The notes beneath the pieces were generated by a model. That model did not search any database. It saw only the letters and a program-made list of their open reading frames with translations, and was not told the origin of the DNA. A stretch of DNA of 59,479 nucleotides from a virus. Taxonomy: Duplodnaviria; Caudoviricetes. Below, one piece after another: positions 56,668 through 59,479 of this stretch (the stretch's first letter is position 1; the number at the start of each line of letters is the position of its first letter). A program made the position numbers and the translations under genes. The stretch spans positions 1 to 59,479 of the IMG/VR virus record IMGVR_UViG_3300036761_004206. One strand, given 5' to 3'.

Positions 56668-57822
56668 ATGACGTTGATGAAGAAGAAAGCTAAAGAAGAA
56701 CCTATTTGCGATGTACAATTTAACATTCATAAGTTCACAGCAAGACCAAAGCCAGCAGATAAGGAAAAAATAGTAATTATATCTTGTTTTTCTGAATTTG
56801 GATGCGAGATAGTTGGTGCGATGTACTGCGTTCCAAGGATCATTAAGGATCATCCAGATGCTTATGTAATTGTTATGGGGTGGTATGGTCGGGCCTATCT
56901 CTATAAGCACTTGGTCGATGAATTTTGGGAGCTTAAAGAAGAATTTCAATTTTTGAGAGATAAAGCATTGGCATTCCATCATTCAAGTAAGAATCTTGGC
57001 AGACTGGAAAAATCTGTTGAGCAATTTGGCAACGTTGTAAGTTCTGACAAGTTGGGGCGATTGGCTGTCGGGAACACTTGCAAGCGTTGTGGTCATCTTT
57101 GGGGGGATACGAATGAGGTGCAGAGATGCCCGCAGTGTGAAAGTATTGATGTGATTAAAGCTCTGTTTGCAGATATTCGTTATTGGAAACCTAAAATGAC
57201 TCCTATTCCAAAGCCGAGTAGGGAAAAGATGGAAGAGGCGGAAAAATATCTCAAAATCCCTGAAGGGACACGGCCAGTAGGCGTAGTAGCGCGTAATAGA
57301 ATCACCTATGGTAGAAATTTACAGCCAGAATTTTATGTCAAGTTAATTCACAAGCTTGAAAGCATGAGCTATACTCCAGTATGGCTTGGCGAGAAGCAAA
57401 GTACGTTAGCATGTCCACTTCCGCACATTACTGATTTCTCCAGAATGCCAGAATCTAGGGATTTAGAGTTAACGCTTGCCATCATTGCGAAGGTGGAATT
57501 TACGGTTCAATTTTGGACTGCTTCAACAAGGTTAGCAGCATTGGTTGGCACTCCATTTTTAATTTTCGAGAGTCCAGATCAATTATTTGGACAGGGGCAA
57601 GAAGCCTTTAGGCTTGCTTTGACTACCACAGGTAAGAAGAAATTGGTTTTGTCGCATTTCCTTAATGTTTATAACAACAACGACGCAGCTATTGACTTGC
57701 TGGGGAAAAGCATCAAAGAAATAGAAAGTGGTAATTGGGAAGATGTTATTGGAATGGTGGATGAACGTGATGTTGTTCTTAAATTGAGACAGCAAAATTT
57801 GCATCGTCTTGCGGGGATTTAA
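56668..57822 (+). CDS. GT9-like (heptosyltransferase-like, GT-B) protein with zinc-ribbon insertion
   Basis: SEFGCE, LY..LVDEFW, RN..PEFY..LI..L, LE.TLAII....F, TASTRLAALVGTP; CKRC...CPQC insert. Confidence 0.6.
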   Translation: MTLMKKKAKEEPICDVQFNIHKFTARPKPADKEKIVIISCFSEFGCEIVGAMYCVPRIIKDHPDAYVIVMGWYGRAYLYKHLVDEFWELKEEFQFLRDKALAFHHSSKNLGRLEKSVEQFGNVVSSDKLGRLAVGNTCKRCGHLWGDTNEVQRCPQCESIDVIKALFADIRYWKPKMTPIPKPSREKMEEAEKYLKIPEGTRPVGVVARNRITYGRNLQPEFYVKLIHKLESMSYTPVWLGEKQSTLACPLPHITDFSRMPESRDLELTLAIIAKVEFTVQFWTASTRLAALVGTPFLIFESPDQLFGQGQEAFRLALTTTGKKKLVLSHFLNVYNNNDAAIDLLGKSIKEIESGNWEDVIGMVDERDVVLKLRQQNLHRLAGI

Positions 57823-58971
57823 ATGAAAGATATTGCTGGTTTAATTACTAAAGCAGCAGAGAAGACAGGATTTCAGAGAGACTTCTTTAACGTTGATAAT
57901 ATTCCAACGGATGCAGCCAATATCACCATTGCTCCATTTTTTGGGGACATAAGATCAACTTTTATATTATCATCTCTGTTGCTGCATCGTTATAAAGAAC
58001 AAGACAAACCATCCAAATATCATATTTTATGCGGTTGGCCAGGGTTTTCATGTCTTTTTCCTTATGTCGATGAATATTGGTCTATTCAAAATGATAACAA
58101 TATAAAAAAGCTTTATCCTTTTGTTAATGAATTTGGTAACAAAAGTGAGTTAGTAAGTCAATATTACAGAAACCTAAATCAATACTTTTTCGAAGATGTT
58201 GTCCCAACAGACACACAGTTTGGCCAATATTACAATAAAGGTTTAACGGACTTGTTTTGGTCCAAATATAGACAAGTTAAGAGATTTTTACCTTCTGTTC
58301 CTTCATCAGCACTTCTTCCTAAGGAATTTAATCGTGAATTTATGGAGAAGGGTGGATATAAGGTCTTTATTTATCCAACCATTTATATCAACAATTGGCA
58401 CAATAACCATTGTCGTTTGATTCAAGCCCCTAGAGATTTTTGGGTTGCTTTGATAAACAGATTATTAAAAGAAGGATTCATGCCAGTTGTTTGTAAGAGT
58501 TTTGGGACATATGATCTTTCAGCAGAATTTAATAGGAGTTGTATTTATTTCAGTGATACAGACATGAGCAAGGTGCTTACTGTCATGCGAATGACGGGGT
58601 GTGTGTTAGACCTATTTTCTGGTATTTCTCGTTTGGCTTTAGCAGCTAGAACACCATTTGTTTATGTGGATGAGAGAGCCAGATACATAGGTGCTAAGGA
58701 ATATGAAATTGATGATTTGTGCGGTATTAACATACCAAAGAAATATATTTTTTCATTTTCTACTATAATAGATGGCGGCACTGTTGCCTCATGGGATTTT
58801 GATATTTTTAACTCTATAATTATCAAGTTACAAGATTTCCTACCAACGGTGGATAAGGAAAGACTGCCACCTACGGGGCAAAGCCTTGATGTGGTTTCTT
58901 ATGATCTTGTAAGGAATAAGAAGTTAACACGAATTGGAACAAGATTATTGAAAATGCCAAAGGATGAGTAA
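57823..58971 (+). CDS. GT9-like protein, paralogue of upstream gene
   Basis: FFGDI, LFPYVDEYW, FW..LI..L...GF.PV, SGISRLALAARTPF. Confidence 0.6.
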   Translation: MKDIAGLITKAAEKTGFQRDFFNVDNIPTDAANITIAPFFGDIRSTFILSSLLLHRYKEQDKPSKYHILCGWPGFSCLFPYVDEYWSIQNDNNIKKLYPFVNEFGNKSELVSQYYRNLNQYFFEDVVPTDTQFGQYYNKGLTDLFWSKYRQVKRFLPSVPSSALLPKEFNREFMEKGGYKVFIYPTIYINNWHNNHCRLIQAPRDFWVALINRLLKEGFMPVVCKSFGTYDLSAEFNRSCIYFSDTDMSKVLTVMRMTGCVLDLFSGISRLALAARTPFVYVDERARYIGAKEYEIDDLCGINIPKKYIFSFSTIIDGGTVASWDFDIFNSIIIKLQDFLPTVDKERLPPTGQSLDVVSYDLVRNKKLTRIGTRLLKMPKDE

Positions 58972-58973
58972 CT

Positions 58974-59222
58974 ATGAGTAAGAGAAATGTCACTAGGGTT
59001 AGAGTTGAAGCGAATCCTAAAGACGATCCAGAAATTGCTTTCAAGAGAATGTTTATTGCTTTCAAGATAGCTTGCACCGATGCTGGTGTCATGCACACTT
59101 ACAAACAGCACGAAACCTACGAAAGTAGGACGCGGAAGAAACGTCGTAAGAAACGTGAATCTGAGCTAGCCCGCATGAAGCAGAAGTTGAGAGAGAATTT
59201 TTTGCAGCAAGGGAAGAAATAA
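58974..59222 (+). CDS. rpsU: phage-encoded ribosomal protein bS21-like
   Basis: VRVE...EIAFKRM..FK.AC..AGVM..YKQHETYES...KKRRKK matches the bS21 pattern; divergent. Confidence 0.8.
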   Translation: MSKRNVTRVRVEANPKDDPEIAFKRMFIAFKIACTDAGVMHTYKQHETYESRTRKKRRKKRESELARMKQKLRENFLQQGKK

Positions 59223-59479
59223 TGACTAAAAAGAATAATATCATGAGTTTATCTCTTGACCCTGACACGCAGGATAAACTAAGATTACATGCAAAGCAAA
59301 AGACCAATGGGAATGTGTCAAAACTAATTCGTGAGCTAGTAGAGAAACATTTGGTTGTTGACGACGACGTGATACCTGTTATTTTGAAGATACCTATTCA
59401 TTTGAAGGGCGATCAGGAAAACCTCACGAAATGGTTAGAACCGCGAGTACAACAAATCCTCAAGGCACTATCGAACTGA
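59222..59479 (+). CDS. ribbon-helix-helix DNA-binding protein
   Basis: IMSLSLDPDTQDKL...NVSKLIRELVEKHL. Confidence 0.7.
   Translation: MTKKNNIMSLSLDPDTQDKLRLHAKQKTNGNVSKLIRELVEKHLVVDDDVIPVILKIPIHLKGDQENLTKWLEPRVQQILKALSN

Noticed and set aside
1-59479. Alternative genetic code (stop-codon reassignment as in some huge phages)
   Set aside because: Long conserved genes are intact in code 11 and TAA, TAG and TGA all terminate genes at sensible positions

Overview
This window reads as a segment of a large, T4-like-toolkit (jumbo/huge) bacteriophage genome in the standard genetic code. Phage-type replication and nucleotide genes include gp32-like SSB, RecA/UvsX, a Hel308/Ski2-like helicase, dNMP kinase, ThyX and DnaE. 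There are also several free-standing homing endonucleases, a gp14-like neck gene and probable virion genes. Secreted proteins with planctomycete-type domains (notably a TIGR03000-like domain) suggest a Planctomycetota host (inference). The main unusual content: (1) a ~10 kb minus-strand glycosylation operon with eight tandem divergent GT-A-like paralogues plus GT2, methyltransferase, DegT aminotransferase and GNAT, with HldE and two GT9-like genes elsewhere in the window; (2) a complete prkA/yeaG-yeaH-spoVR triad with an intein in SpoVR; (3) three inteins of three types (Ala-start class 3, LAGLIDADG, HNH); (4) translation-control genes (tmRNA with tag ATHNEYALAA, bS21, an EF-Tu domain II-like protein); (5) seven unrelated ORFs sharing an N-terminal motif like the T4 capsid-targeting sequence, several with TAAATA-N5-ATG leaderless-looking starts. 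All family calls come from motif recognition by eye; no database search was run.
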